Assembly: GCA_902784155.1 (NCBI GenBank)
Contig: CACZTQ010000016.1
Location: 1 to 54,732, forward strand
Reading direction: 5' to 3'
Origin: Oscillospiraceae bacterium
GTDB taxonomy: Bacteria; Bacillota; Clostridia; Oscillospirales; Acutalibacteraceae
DNA length: 54,732 nucleotides
Positions 17,481 to 27,059 of the stretch are shown one piece after another. Below the pieces are notes generated by a model. That model did not search any database. It saw only the letters and a list, made by a program, of their open reading frames with translations, and was not told the DNA's origin. A program made the translations under genes and the position numbers. Positions within the stretch are counted from its first letter, which is position 1, and each line of letters starts with the position of its first letter.

Positions 17481-19655
17481 ATGGCAAAAACACTTGTTCT
17501 TGCGGAGAAGCCGTCCGTCGCGAGAGATATCGCGAGGGTGATGGGCTGCAAAAAAAGCGGAAACGGATGTCTTATCGGCGACAGGTATATCGTGACCTGG
17601 GCGCTCGGGCATCTTGTTACCCTTGCGGACCCCGAGGCTTACTCCGATAAATATAAAAGCTGGCGCATGGAGGACCTCCCCATGCTGCCCGATAAAATGA
17701 AGCTTGTCGTCATAGGGCAGACCGCGAAGCAGTTCAAGGCGGTCAGCGCCCTTCTTAAAAGCAGCGAGGTCGATAAGGTCGTAATCGCTACGGACGCCGG
17801 TCGCGAGGGCGAGCTGGTCGCCCGCTGGATTCTCATAAAAGCCGGCTGCAAAAAGCCCGTTCAGCGTCTGTGGATTTCATCGCAGACCGATAAGGCGATA
17901 CGCGAGGGATTCGCTTCGCTCAGACCCGGCGCCCAGTTTGAGAATCTCTTCCGCTCGGCGCAGTCGAGAGCGCAGGCGGACTGGCTCGTCGGCCTCAATG
18001 TAACGAGGGCTCTCACCTGCAGACACAACGCGCAGCTCTCGGCCGGCAGGGTGCAGACTCCGACTCTCGCCATGATAGTCGCAAGAGAAGAGGAGATACT
18101 GAAATTCAGACCCAGGGATTATTTCACCGTCAAGGCGGATTTCGGCTCCTTCACGGCTCTCTATAAGGATTCAAAAGGGCAGGCGAGATTCTTCGACGCC
18201 GCCGCGGCGCAGGAAATCATGAAGGCCGTCAAAGGTCAGAAGGGCATACTCAAAGAGGTAAAAAAGCAGTATAAATTCAAGGCTCCTCCGCCCGCCTACG
18301 ACCTCACGGAGCTTCAGAGAGACGCGAATAAAAAATACGGATATTCGGCAAAGCAGACTCTCTCATATATGCAGAGTCTTTATGAGACGCACAAGCTCCT
18401 GACTTATCCGAGGACCGATTCGAGATACATAACAAAAGACGTGGCGGCGACAATCCCCGAGCGCCTTCGCGCGATAGCCGTCGGTCAATACAAAGAGGCG
18501 GCCTCGGCGCTCCTGCGCTCAAAGCCGCTGCAGACAAAATACATAGTCAACGATTCGAAGGTCACCGACCATCACGCGATTATACCTACGGAGCAGTATG
18601 TCGAGCTCAACAGGCTCACGAGAGACGAGATGCATATTTACGACCTTGTCGTGCGCAGGTTTCTCGCGGTGCTCAGCGCTCCCTACGAGTATGACGAGGT
18701 GCAGGTCAGGATTTCCTTCGGCAGATATGATTTTTACGCGAAGGGGCAGAGCGTGAAATCCGCAGGCTGGAAGGCGCTCTACGACTCTTCGCTGATTGAC
18801 GATTCAGACGAGGCGGACGACCTTAAATCACAGTCTCTGCCGCAGCTCAGTCAGGGCGCGGCGATAACCCCGAAGGATGTCAGGATTGTCGCGGGCAAGA
18901 CGGCTCCCCCCTCGCGATATACCGAGGCGACTCTTCTCACGGCGATGGAAAACCCCGGCTCGCAGGTTGAGAGCGGGAAGCTCAGGGATGTCCTCAAAAC
19001 CGCGGGCGGTCTCGGCACCCCCGCCACCCGCGCGGATATAATCGAGAAGCTGTTTGATTCATTTTATATCGAGAGAAGAGGCAGGGAGCTTTTCCCGACC
19101 TCAAAGGGCAGGCAGCTTATCAATATAGTGCCCGCCGACCTCAAATCCGCCGAGCTCACCGCGAAGTGGGAGCAGAGGCTGACGAATATCGCAAACGGCA
19201 CCGAGAACGATAAAAAATTCGTGGATGAGATGAGACGCTACGCCACGGAGCTTGTAGGCGCCGTCAAAAAGAGCGACGCTGTTTACCGCCACGACAACAT
19301 AACGAGAGAGGTCTGCCCGGAATGCGGCAAGTATATGCTTGAGGTCAACGGCAAAAAGGGCAGGATGCTCGTCTGCCAGGACAGGGAATGCGGCTACCGC
19401 AAGAGTCTCTCGATAATAACAAACGCCCGCTGCCCCGAATGCCACAAGAAGCTCGAGATGCGCGGCGAGGGCGAAAAGAAGATGTTTTACTGCTCCTGCG
19501 GTTACCGCGAGAAGCTCTCCGACTTCAACAAGAGAAAAGAGAGCGCGGGCGCCGGCAAGAGAGATGTTGAGAATTATATGAGACAGCAGAGCAAACAGAA
19601 GGTCGCGAACAATCCCTTCGCCGACCTGCTTGCCGGCTGGTCGGAGGAAGACTGA
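17481..19655 (+). CDS. topB: DNA topoisomerase III
   Basis: LAEKPSVA, ATDAGREGE, RLWISS, SAGRVQTPTL, LTYPRTDS (catalytic Tyr), GLGTPATRA, C-terminal Zn ribbons. Confidence 0.95.
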   Translation: MAKTLVLAEKPSVARDIARVMGCKKSGNGCLIGDRYIVTWALGHLVTLADPEAYSDKYKSWRMEDLPMLPDKMKLVVIGQTAKQFKAVSALLKSSEVDKVVIATDAGREGELVARWILIKAGCKKPVQRLWISSQTDKAIREGFASLRPGAQFENLFRSAQSRAQADWLVGLNVTRALTCRHNAQLSAGRVQTPTLAMIVAREEEILKFRPRDYFTVKADFGSFTALYKDSKGQARFFDAAAAQEIMKAVKGQKGILKEVKKQYKFKAPPPAYDLTELQRDANKKYGYSAKQTLSYMQSLYETHKLLTYPRTDSRYITKDVAATIPERLRAIAVGQYKEAASALLRSKPLQTKYIVNDSKVTDHHAIIPTEQYVELNRLTRDEMHIYDLVVRRFLAVLSAPYEYDEVQVRISFGRYDFYAKGQSVKSAGWKALYDSSLIDDSDEADDLKSQSLPQLSQGAAITPKDVRIVAGKTAPPSRYTEATLLTAMENPGSQVESGKLRDVLKTAGGLGTPATRADIIEKLFDSFYIERRGRELFPTSKGRQLINIVPADLKSAELTAKWEQRLTNIANGTENDKKFVDEMRRYATELVGAVKKSDAVYRHDNITREVCPECGKYMLEVNGKKGRMLVCQDRECGYRKSLSIITNARCPECHKKLEMRGEGEKKMFYCSCGYREKLSDFNKRKESAGAGKRDVENYMRQQSKQKVANNPFADLLAGWSEED

Positions 19656-21268
19656 TGAAAAAACTCCTGTGTATCATTATTTCGGCGCTCCTGCTCCTGC
19701 AGTGCGCTTCGTGCGCCGGAACGGGACCGGGCAAGAGCGTGTCTTATGCGATTCCCGCCTCGCCTTCGACGCTCGACCCGCAGTATGCCTCGGAGACGGG
19801 AGCGAAGCTCGTGATAAACAACGTCTTCGCCGGGCTTGTCAGATATAATCCGCAGGGCGAGATTGTCAGCGGAGTGGCCGACAGCTGGAAGGTATCGGAA
19901 GACGGGCTCAAATATGTATTCAGCCTCAAAAGAGATACCGAATGGTACTGCCCGTCCGTTTTCAAAACGCAGTACGGCGACGATTTCTATAACAAATTCG
20001 CAACGGCCAAGGTGACGGCGCACGATTTTGTCTTTGCCTGCAGGCGCACGGTGGATCCCGTCACGGATTCTCCCAACGCCGCGAGAATGATGATAATAAA
20101 GGGCGCGTCAGAGGTCTTTGACGAGGGGGCTGACCCCTCCGTGCTCGCGGTGACGGCAAACGACGATTATACGATAACCTTCACTCTCACGGAGCCCTGC
20201 GAGGATTTCCTCTCCCGCCTCACCGAGAGCGAGTTTATGCCCTGCAACGAGGAATTTTTCAACGCGATGAAGGGGAGATACGGCCTGTCGAGAACGACTC
20301 TTCTCTGCAACGGCCCGTTCTATCTGAGCTACTGGGACCCCGAAAGCCAGCTGACGATAAAGAACAACAAGTATTTCTGCAGAGAAAAGGCGGTGCCCGC
20401 CTCTGTGGCGATTGTCTTTGATTCGAACGAGGCCTCGGTTTCCAAAAAACTCGCGGGCGGCTCTCTGAGCGCGGCGGTGCTCAGCCCGTCAGCGGAAGTG
20501 CCCGAGGATGTTTCGGTCATAAAAGAGATTCCCGATACCGTGACCGGCCTCGCCTTCAACTGCGCGGATGAGATACTTATGAATCCCGATATAAGAAGGG
20601 CTCTGTGCGCTTCGGTTGACAGGAGCATTTTCAGCGAAAAGACGGATACTCTCTCTCCCGCCGACTGGTTTATCCCCGAAAACTGCCTCGCGGGCAATGT
20701 GAGCTACAGGGAGAGAATAGGCGACAGGACCCCGAGTATAAAATACAGCGAAAAGAAAGCTCTCGGATACTGGAACAAAGGGCTTGAGGACCTCGAGAGG
20801 GAAGATGTATCAATCACGGTGCTCTGCCCCGAGAAATACGATATTCAGATAAGGCGTCAGCTTCAGATATGGCAGAAGATACTCGGCCTTTCCCTTTCGG
20901 TGAGCGTGCTGAATCTTCCCGATAAAGAAATCGCGGAAAACGTCGGCAGCGGGAATTATCAGATTGCCGTTATGTCCGTGACCTCGCGCGAGAGGAACGC
21001 CGTCGATTTCATTTCGGGCTTTGAGGACGGCGGAGTTTTCGCCTTCACAGACGATATCCTGCCCGTCACAATCGAAAGAATCAGGACCGTTGATACGGAC
21101 AGCGAGATGCTCAGCGGGCTTCTCACCGCGGAGAGCATAATCCTCAATCAGGGAGTCTTCTGCACTCTCTGGCGCAGCTCGTCGAAATTTGCCGTTAATA
21201 ACGAAGTACGCGGAATCACAATACTTGACTCGGAAACAACCGTGTCGTTTGCAGGTGCGAAGAGATGA
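19655..21268 (+). CDS. Peptide/oligopeptide ABC substrate-binding lipoprotein (family 5, OppA-like), no permease nearby
   Basis: Lipoprotein signal ...CASC; TLDPQ, GVADSWKVSEDGLKYVF.L, VTAHDFVFA, NGPFYL. Confidence 0.85.
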   Translation: MKKLLCIIISALLLLQCASCAGTGPGKSVSYAIPASPSTLDPQYASETGAKLVINNVFAGLVRYNPQGEIVSGVADSWKVSEDGLKYVFSLKRDTEWYCPSVFKTQYGDDFYNKFATAKVTAHDFVFACRRTVDPVTDSPNAARMMIIKGASEVFDEGADPSVLAVTANDDYTITFTLTEPCEDFLSRLTESEFMPCNEEFFNAMKGRYGLSRTTLLCNGPFYLSYWDPESQLTIKNNKYFCREKAVPASVAIVFDSNEASVSKKLAGGSLSAAVLSPSAEVPEDVSVIKEIPDTVTGLAFNCADEILMNPDIRRALCASVDRSIFSEKTDTLSPADWFIPENCLAGNVSYRERIGDRTPSIKYSEKKALGYWNKGLEDLEREDVSITVLCPEKYDIQIRRQLQIWQKILGLSLSVSVLNLPDKEIAENVGSGNYQIAVMSVTSRERNAVDFISGFEDGGVFAFTDDILPVTIERIRTVDTDSEMLSGLLTAESIILNQGVFCTLWRSSSKFAVNNEVRGITILDSETTVSFAGAKR

Positions 21269-22260
21269 AAAAAATATTTAAAGAGAGACCCATGCCGGAC
21301 GGCATCGAATTCAAAGAGAAAAACTACGGAAAGACCGCGGCCGTGCTGACGGCGGCGGGCGGTATAGCCGCAGCCGTGGGACCCTTTGCCGGGATGACCG
21401 CTGTTTCAAAGCTCGACAAGAGCTTCGGCGAAGACGATTTCGTGACCGTGCTCGACGGCGCTCCCGTTACCGCCGGCGGCAACGCCCTTGACCTTTCGCC
21501 CGTTGAGGCGGACGATTACCTCTTCGGCTGCCGCTCGGGATACGAAGTCATAACCGGAGCGCGCGAGGCGTTTGAGACAATCGGCGCGAGATTCGGCGAA
21601 TACGGCGCGAGGGAGGTCTTCGGCAAGAGCTTCGAGAGCGCCCTCTCACCCGCCGACCTCAAGGAGATTGCCAAATCCGGCTTCAACTGCATCGTAATCC
21701 CCGTCAGGAGTTTTCTCCTCTTCAAGGACGAAAAAATAAACAAAAAGAGCCTGCGCGTAAAGCGCCTCGACAAGGTTATAAAGAAATGCTCAAAGAGCGG
21801 AATCTATGTCATTCTCAGCCTCTGCGACGCTCCCGGATTCGACCCCGCGAGGGGAGATTTCTCGGTCTTCGGCGAGGGCAGGGATTCGCTCTCAAAGAGG
21901 AATTATATCGTAAAGCTCTGGGAAAAGCTCGCCATTCATTATAAGGATGAGCCTGCCGTGCTCGCTTACGGGCTTCTGAATACGGATTGTATCGACACGG
22001 AGAAATACGGCGAGGTCTTTGACAGCCTTTACACAAGGACGGAGAAGGCAATCCGTGAAACGGGCGACCGTCACATTCTGCTCGGATACAAAAACGCTCT
22101 CCCCGCCTCTCCCTCGCAGGTGCTCAAGGGTGACAGGCAGGAAAGCTGTATTTACTGCAAGCCGAAAGATTTTATCGACGTTTCCTCCGACAGTTTTGAA
22201 GATATGGGCGTGAAGGCGGCGGAGAGCTCAAAGACCGAGTCTTTTACCCGCCTCGCATAA
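21265..22260 (+). CDS. Degenerate glycoside hydrolase family 5-like protein (probably non-catalytic)
   Basis: D..EIAKSGFNC, RLDKVIKKC...GIYVIL, LWEKLAIHYKDEPAVLAYGLLN match GH5; NEP is replaced by NTD. Confidence 0.65.
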   Translation: MKKIFKERPMPDGIEFKEKNYGKTAAVLTAAGGIAAAVGPFAGMTAVSKLDKSFGEDDFVTVLDGAPVTAGGNALDLSPVEADDYLFGCRSGYEVITGAREAFETIGARFGEYGAREVFGKSFESALSPADLKEIAKSGFNCIVIPVRSFLLFKDEKINKKSLRVKRLDKVIKKCSKSGIYVILSLCDAPGFDPARGDFSVFGEGRDSLSKRNYIVKLWEKLAIHYKDEPAVLAYGLLNTDCIDTEKYGEVFDSLYTRTEKAIRETGDRHILLGYKNALPASPSQVLKGDRQESCIYCKPKDFIDVSSDSFEDMGVKAAESSKTESFTRLA

Positions 22261-22267
22261 AGGAATT

Positions 22268-22705
22268 ATGGAAAAGCTGATTGCAATCGCGATAATCCTC
22301 ATTCTCATACTGATATTTACCGGGCGCGTGAATATACTGATTGTTGCCGTGAGTATCCTCATCGGCGCAACGGCGGTGTTTATGACGCTCTTCTTCGTTG
22401 TGAATTTCTTTGTATTCCTGACCTTCAGACCCCGCAAGGCGAAGTATCTGCGCATCGAGGGCAGATTCAATGACAGATGGCACAACGCCTGCTATCTCGT
22501 TGACGGTGAGGAATATCTCTGCATTTTCCCCTGGGAGGGAATATTCATAAAGCAGCTCTATAAAGAGAATAAGGAGTGCACGGTGCTTTTCAATAAAAAA
22601 ATGGGCAGGGTCTATGACAAATACGCCATAGTGACCACCGCCCTCGGGCTTGTATTCAGTATAGGTCTCGATGTCGGCCTTGTGCTGCTATACCTTTCTG
22701 TCTGA
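22268..22705 (+). CDS. Hypothetical membrane protein
   Basis: AAGGA RBS; hydrophobic N- and C-terminal segments; 145 aa. Confidence 0.7.
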   Translation: MEKLIAIAIILILILIFTGRVNILIVAVSILIGATAVFMTLFFVVNFFVFLTFRPRKAKYLRIEGRFNDRWHNACYLVDGEEYLCIFPWEGIFIKQLYKENKECTVLFNKKMGRVYDKYAIVTTALGLVFSIGLDVGLVLLYLSV

Positions 22706-23983
22706 GAGTGTCAGCACCGCCCTGAAATTCGTCTTGTCATCGTCGGTCTCAAAGCTGCCGTTGTATTTTTTGGCTATATCCTTGAGTATCTTGAGACCGT
22801 AGCCGTGCTCGTTGCCGTCATTTTTTTCGATATGAGGCACCGAGGCGTTTTCGGATATAATCGTGAATGTTTTATCACCCTTGGTTATTTCAATATATAT
22901 ATCCTTGTCGCCGCTGCTCTGCGCAGCGGCGTTTATGCTGTTGTCGGTCATATTGATAAGAGCCCTGCAAAGGTCGAATTCCTCTATCCCGGTCTCATCG
23001 GGCACAACGGCTCTGAAGGTGTATTCTATGCCCTGCGCCCTGCACAGCTTCGCCTTTTCGGAAAGGATGGAATTGACGAGCTCGTTTTTGCAGTATCTCT
23101 CGATATGGATGTTGCGAAGCTCCTCCTCCATATTCCCGAGCATTTTTTCGGCGGATTTTCTCGCGTTTTCGCTGCTGCTCTCGGACATGAAGTTGGCCAC
23201 CTCTATGGCGTTGGCAAAATCGTGGCGGAGCTTTCGCATCTGAATCGCGTTTTCCTCAAGGGATTTGTAGTGCTCCATCATTATATGCTCCCTGAGGTCG
23301 CGCTCCTTCAGCTCGCGCTCCATTTTTTCGTTATTGGAAATTTTATCATAGGTCAGGAAAACCATTATATCGGCTATAACCATCAGGATAAGAGCGACAT
23401 TGAGGATTACCAGCGAGCCCTCTCTTGTGAAAAAGTGAGTTTCGCCTCCCCAGATGCCGGGGTCGAGAAACGACTGGAAGGCATAGATTATAACTATCTG
23501 GCTTACGGGCAGGAGCAGGAATGTGTTGGTGTATTTGAAGCTGATGTTTGCCCTGCCGACCTTTCGCCTCCAGTAAATGACCGCCGCGCCGCAAAGGAAG
23601 GTCTTGACGGCGAAGAGCAGAAGCAGTCCGACGAAATCCTCCTCGAAGGCCACCGTTATATCGACATAATTCGCAAACATCAGATATATGAGAGTGGTGA
23701 CAGCGTCGATGAGAATCTCGATAATGGGCGCGATGGTTTTTTCCGTCGCCTTGTTTTCAAAAAGAATGAAGGATGACGCTATGAGCAGAGCGTACGCGCC
23801 GACGGTAATCATCGGGTTTTCGAAATTCCTGGATGCGGAAAAAAGGTTCAGCAGAAAATGCGGAACCGCGATAATGGCAAAAGTCAGATATTTGTTTCCC
23901 TTGGGTCTGAGACAGAGCATGAGCCAGAGAGCGTCCGTGAATCTCACAAGCAGCTCATATATGACCATAAAAACGGTTATCAA
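22688..23983 (-). CDS. Membrane sensor histidine kinase, GHKL/AgrC-like
   Basis: Multiple TM helices, RKLRHDFANA H-box, NMTDNSINAA, HGYGLKILKDIAKKYNG; start probably TTG 23983 (GGGGTGA + 5 nt) or GTG 23992. Confidence 0.85.
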   Translation of the reverse strand: MITVFMVIYELLVRFTDALWLMLCLRPKGNKYLTFAIIAVPHFLLNLFSASRNFENPMITVGAYALLIASSFILFENKATEKTIAPIIEILIDAVTTLIYLMFANYVDITVAFEEDFVGLLLLFAVKTFLCGAAVIYWRRKVGRANISFKYTNTFLLLPVSQIVIIYAFQSFLDPGIWGGETHFFTREGSLVILNVALILMVIADIMVFLTYDKISNNEKMERELKERDLREHIMMEHYKSLEENAIQMRKLRHDFANAIEVANFMSESSSENARKSAEKMLGNMEEELRNIHIERYCKNELVNSILSEKAKLCRAQGIEYTFRAVVPDETGIEEFDLCRALINMTDNSINAAAQSSGDKDIYIEITKGDKTFTIISENASVPHIEKNDGNEHGYGLKILKDIAKKYNGSFETDDDKTNFRAVLTLSDRKV

Positions 23984-24004
23984 AGAAATCACCCCGCTGT
24001 GACT

Positions 24005-24033
24005 ATTTTAAACTCTGCGGCCGCTTTTTGCAA
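24005..24033 (-). promoter_or_regulatory. sigma-A promoter for the sensor kinase
   Basis: TTGCAA-17 nt-TAAAAT. Confidence 0.55.
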
Positions 24034-24071
24034 GATGAAAATAAAGCGCGCCACGGGAGTCAAAAATAAAA

Positions 24072-24100
24072 TTGCAATTCACGCGGCAATAGTGTATAAT
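24072..24100 (+). promoter_or_regulatory. sigma-A promoter for the metallophosphoesterase
   Basis: TTGCAA-17 nt-TATAAT. Confidence 0.65.
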
Positions 24101-24157
24101 TCACTCGGCGGCTCACCTCTCGGGCGAAGCCGAATAACAAAAGACCGGGTACAGAGT

Positions 24158-25147
24158 ATGAATACATATAACGAAAACAGATACAAAACCATGCGCGATG
24201 AATACAGCCGTATGGCCGTTGCCGTCCCGCCGGATTCGGAGAGAATCACGCGGGAGAGCGGAGCGCTTTTCACCTTCGCCGCCTGGGGCGACCCTCAGAT
24301 TTTTCACGGGAGTTCCTCGCGCACGCAGAGGTTTGCCTTCGCCTGCGCCGATATCGCCGCTATGGAAGGAAAGCTTGACGCCGTCGCCATTCTGGGCGAT
24401 ATAGCCGAGATGGGGGCGGAGTGCGAATACCGTATGTGCGCCGACCTTCTCTCGGGGATAACGGATAAATTCGACGACCTTCTGTGTGTGCCCGGCAATC
24501 ACGACATCCGCATAAGGGATTATAAAAAGCAGAGAGACAAATTCAGGGATTTCGTCCTGAGCGTAAAGGGCGGAGTATTCGACAACGAAAACGGCGGATA
24601 TTATTTCAGCCGCGATTATGACTGCTGCAAGTTCATTATGATGGGCTCCGATATGAATTCCTTTGAGGGCACTTACATAAGCGGGAAGCAGCAGAAGTGG
24701 CTCGACGCCGAAATCAGCAGGGCGGAGGCAGAGGGCAAAACCGCCTTTGTCTTAAATCATCAGACTCTCAAGCATTCAAACGGCCTCCCCGTTACCTGGG
24801 GCGGAAACGGGAAATGGAGAGGCTCGATAGGTTTTCAGAGCGACAGGATTCAGGATATTTTTGAAAAGCACAGAAACGTTGTCTTCATCACGGGGCACCT
24901 TCACTACGGCTTCAGCGTCTATAACTATGAGGACTGCGGCTGTTACAAGCTGCTCTCGCTCCCGACGGTCGGCGTAATCAATCACGGGCCCATGTGCAAG
25001 GATTCGCAGGGATATATCGTCAGCGTATTCCCCGATAAAATCACAATCAGGGCAAGGCTTCACATGGAGGGCAGATGGCTGAATCCCAAGGCTCCCGGAG
25101 CTTATATTGAAATAAAACGCAATCCCGCTGCCGGAAGCGTTGTCTGA
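24158..25147 (+). CDS. Calcineurin-like metallophosphoesterase
   Basis: GDPQ, LGDI, PGNHD, NHQ, ITGHLH motifs; start placed at the first ATG downstream of the promoter. Confidence 0.85.
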   Translation: MNTYNENRYKTMRDEYSRMAVAVPPDSERITRESGALFTFAAWGDPQIFHGSSSRTQRFAFACADIAAMEGKLDAVAILGDIAEMGAECEYRMCADLLSGITDKFDDLLCVPGNHDIRIRDYKKQRDKFRDFVLSVKGGVFDNENGGYYFSRDYDCCKFIMMGSDMNSFEGTYISGKQQKWLDAEISRAEAEGKTAFVLNHQTLKHSNGLPVTWGGNGKWRGSIGFQSDRIQDIFEKHRNVVFITGHLHYGFSVYNYEDCGCYKLLSLPTVGVINHGPMCKDSQGYIVSVFPDKITIRARLHMEGRWLNPKAPGAYIEIKRNPAAGSVV

Positions 25148-25162
25148 TATACATAACACGAT

Positions 25163-25198
25163 AAAACAAAGGGCCGCGGCAGAACACCGCAGCCCTTT
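25163..25198. terminator. Bidirectional terminator between convergent genes
   Basis: AAAGGGCCGCGG/CCGCAGCCCTTT inverted repeat with flanking A/T runs. Confidence 0.7.
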
Positions 25199-25210
25199 AA
25201 TAATGCTGTC

Positions 25211-27007
25211 TTATCTGTAGAGGGGACCGTAATTCTGACAGGCTCTGAAGTCAGCGCCCTCAAGGTCCTTTGTTCCGAATGCGCCCCAGCAGGCGGGTCT
25301 GAATATCTTTTCATCGGGAACATTGTGAAGCGCAACGGGGATACGGAGCATTGACGCGAGGGTGATGATATCCGCGCCGATGTGGCCGTAGCTGATCGCG
25401 CCGTGATTTGCGCCCCAGTTATTCATAAGGTCATAGGCGGAAGCGAACGCGCCCTCGCCGGTGACTCTCGGTGTGAACCAGGTGCAGGGCCAGGTGTAGT
25501 CCGTTCTCTTCCAGAGAATGTCGCTGACCTCGTCGGGCAGGGCAACGGTCCATCCCTCGGCAATCTGAAGCACGGGGCCGAGGCCTCTTACCCAGTTGAT
25601 TCTTATCATTGTCGCGGGCATTTCCGCTCTTGTGAGGAAGCGGGCGGAGAATCCGCCGCCGCGGAAGTATCCGTTATCCGCCGCGCACCACTCGGTTGCC
25701 TTGAGCATCTTCGCGGTATCCTCCGGGGTGACTTTATACCATTCCTTCATTATGCCGTTGCCGTTTTCATCCTTGACCTCGCCGCAGGCGTCAAGGCAGC
25801 AGGCGCCGGAATTGATAAGGTGAATAAGTCCGTCGGCCTCTTTTGCGTGGCCTTCGATATCATAGCCGGTGACTCTCTTGATGCTCTCGCCGCTCCAGTG
25901 AGTGCGGACATCCGCAAACATCTGGGCCTTGTTTGTGAGCAGATTCATAAAGAGCATGCTCGCGGCGTTGAGAGTATCGTTCTCTGTAGCGAAGATATAG
26001 GGAGCTCTGACTCCCGTCCAGTCAAACGAGGTGTTGAGAATCGCCTCGACAAAGTCGGCGTTGGGCCAGTGGTCGGTCCACTGTCTCTGGCCCTGGAAGC
26101 CGCCCGCGATGGCGTTGTGGCCCGCGGCCTCTTCGCCGCAGCCCTCGGGCAGATTGTCGTTTCCGTTCATAAGGTCCTTGACTATGCAGGCCATCTTGAC
26201 GGTGAATTCCCAGTCATTCTTTTTCTCTTCATCGCTCTTGCGCACGAAATCGGGATTCTTGTCGAGACCTTCGGGGCAGTTTTCCTTAACCCAGGCGAGA
26301 GCCTTCTGATACTCGGCCTCGTCATAGATTTTTTCATCCATTCTGCGCAGGATTTCAACCTCGTCAACGCTCTCGACTCTCATTCCGAGATACGCCTCAA
26401 AGAAATCGGGCGTAATCTGCGAGCCGGCGATGCCCATACACATCGAGCCTATCTGAAGATATGATTTGCCTCTCATTGTGGCGGCCGCAACGGCTGCCCT
26501 GGCGAATCTGAGAAGCTTCTCCTCAACGTCCGCGGGGATGCTCTCGTCATCCTTTTCCTGAACCTCTCTGCCGTAGATTCCGAAGGCGGGGAGGCCTTTT
26601 CGCGCGTGGCAGGCGAGCACGCAGGCGAGATAGACCGCGCCGGGTCTCTCGGTGGCGTTGAAGCCCCAGATTCCCTTGATTGTGGTCGGGTCCATATCCA
26701 TTGTTTCGGAGCCGTAGCACCAGCAGGGCGTGACGGAGAGCGTAATCGCGACGCCCTCTTTCTTGAACTGCGCCTCGCAGGCCGCCGCCTCGGCAACTCT
26801 GCCTATCGAAGTATCTGAAATGACTACTCTGACGGGGGTGCCGTCCGAATAGCAGAGATTCTCTTCATAGAGTTTCTTGACCGCCTTGGCCATCATCATG
26901 GTCTGGTCCTCAAGACCTTCTCTGACCTTCAGAGGTCCGCGTCTGCCGTCAATGATTCTGCGTATGCCTATTGCGGGGTATTCGCCGATGAGTCTGCTTT
27001 TTGACAT
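25211..27007 (-). CDS. fucI: L-fucose isomerase
   Basis: [61 protein letters not shown]. Confidence 0.97.
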   Translation of the reverse strand: MSKSRLIGEYPAIGIRRIIDGRRGPLKVREGLEDQTMMMAKAVKKLYEENLCYSDGTPVRVVISDTSIGRVAEAAACEAQFKKEGVAITLSVTPCWCYGSETMDMDPTTIKGIWGFNATERPGAVYLACVLACHARKGLPAFGIYGREVQEKDDESIPADVEEKLLRFARAAVAAATMRGKSYLQIGSMCMGIAGSQITPDFFEAYLGMRVESVDEVEILRRMDEKIYDEAEYQKALAWVKENCPEGLDKNPDFVRKSDEEKKNDWEFTVKMACIVKDLMNGNDNLPEGCGEEAAGHNAIAGGFQGQRQWTDHWPNADFVEAILNTSFDWTGVRAPYIFATENDTLNAASMLFMNLLTNKAQMFADVRTHWSGESIKRVTGYDIEGHAKEADGLIHLINSGACCLDACGEVKDENGNGIMKEWYKVTPEDTAKMLKATEWCAADNGYFRGGGFSARFLTRAEMPATMIRINWVRGLGPVLQIAEGWTVALPDEVSDILWKRTDYTWPCTWFTPRVTGEGAFASAYDLMNNWGANHGAISYGHIGADIITLASMLRIPVALHNVPDEKIFRPACWGAFGTKDLEGADFRACQNYGPLYR

Positions 27008-27059
27008 TTATATCGCTCCCTTATTAAAATTTGAATATAGTTGCGGCTATGAGCCGTAA

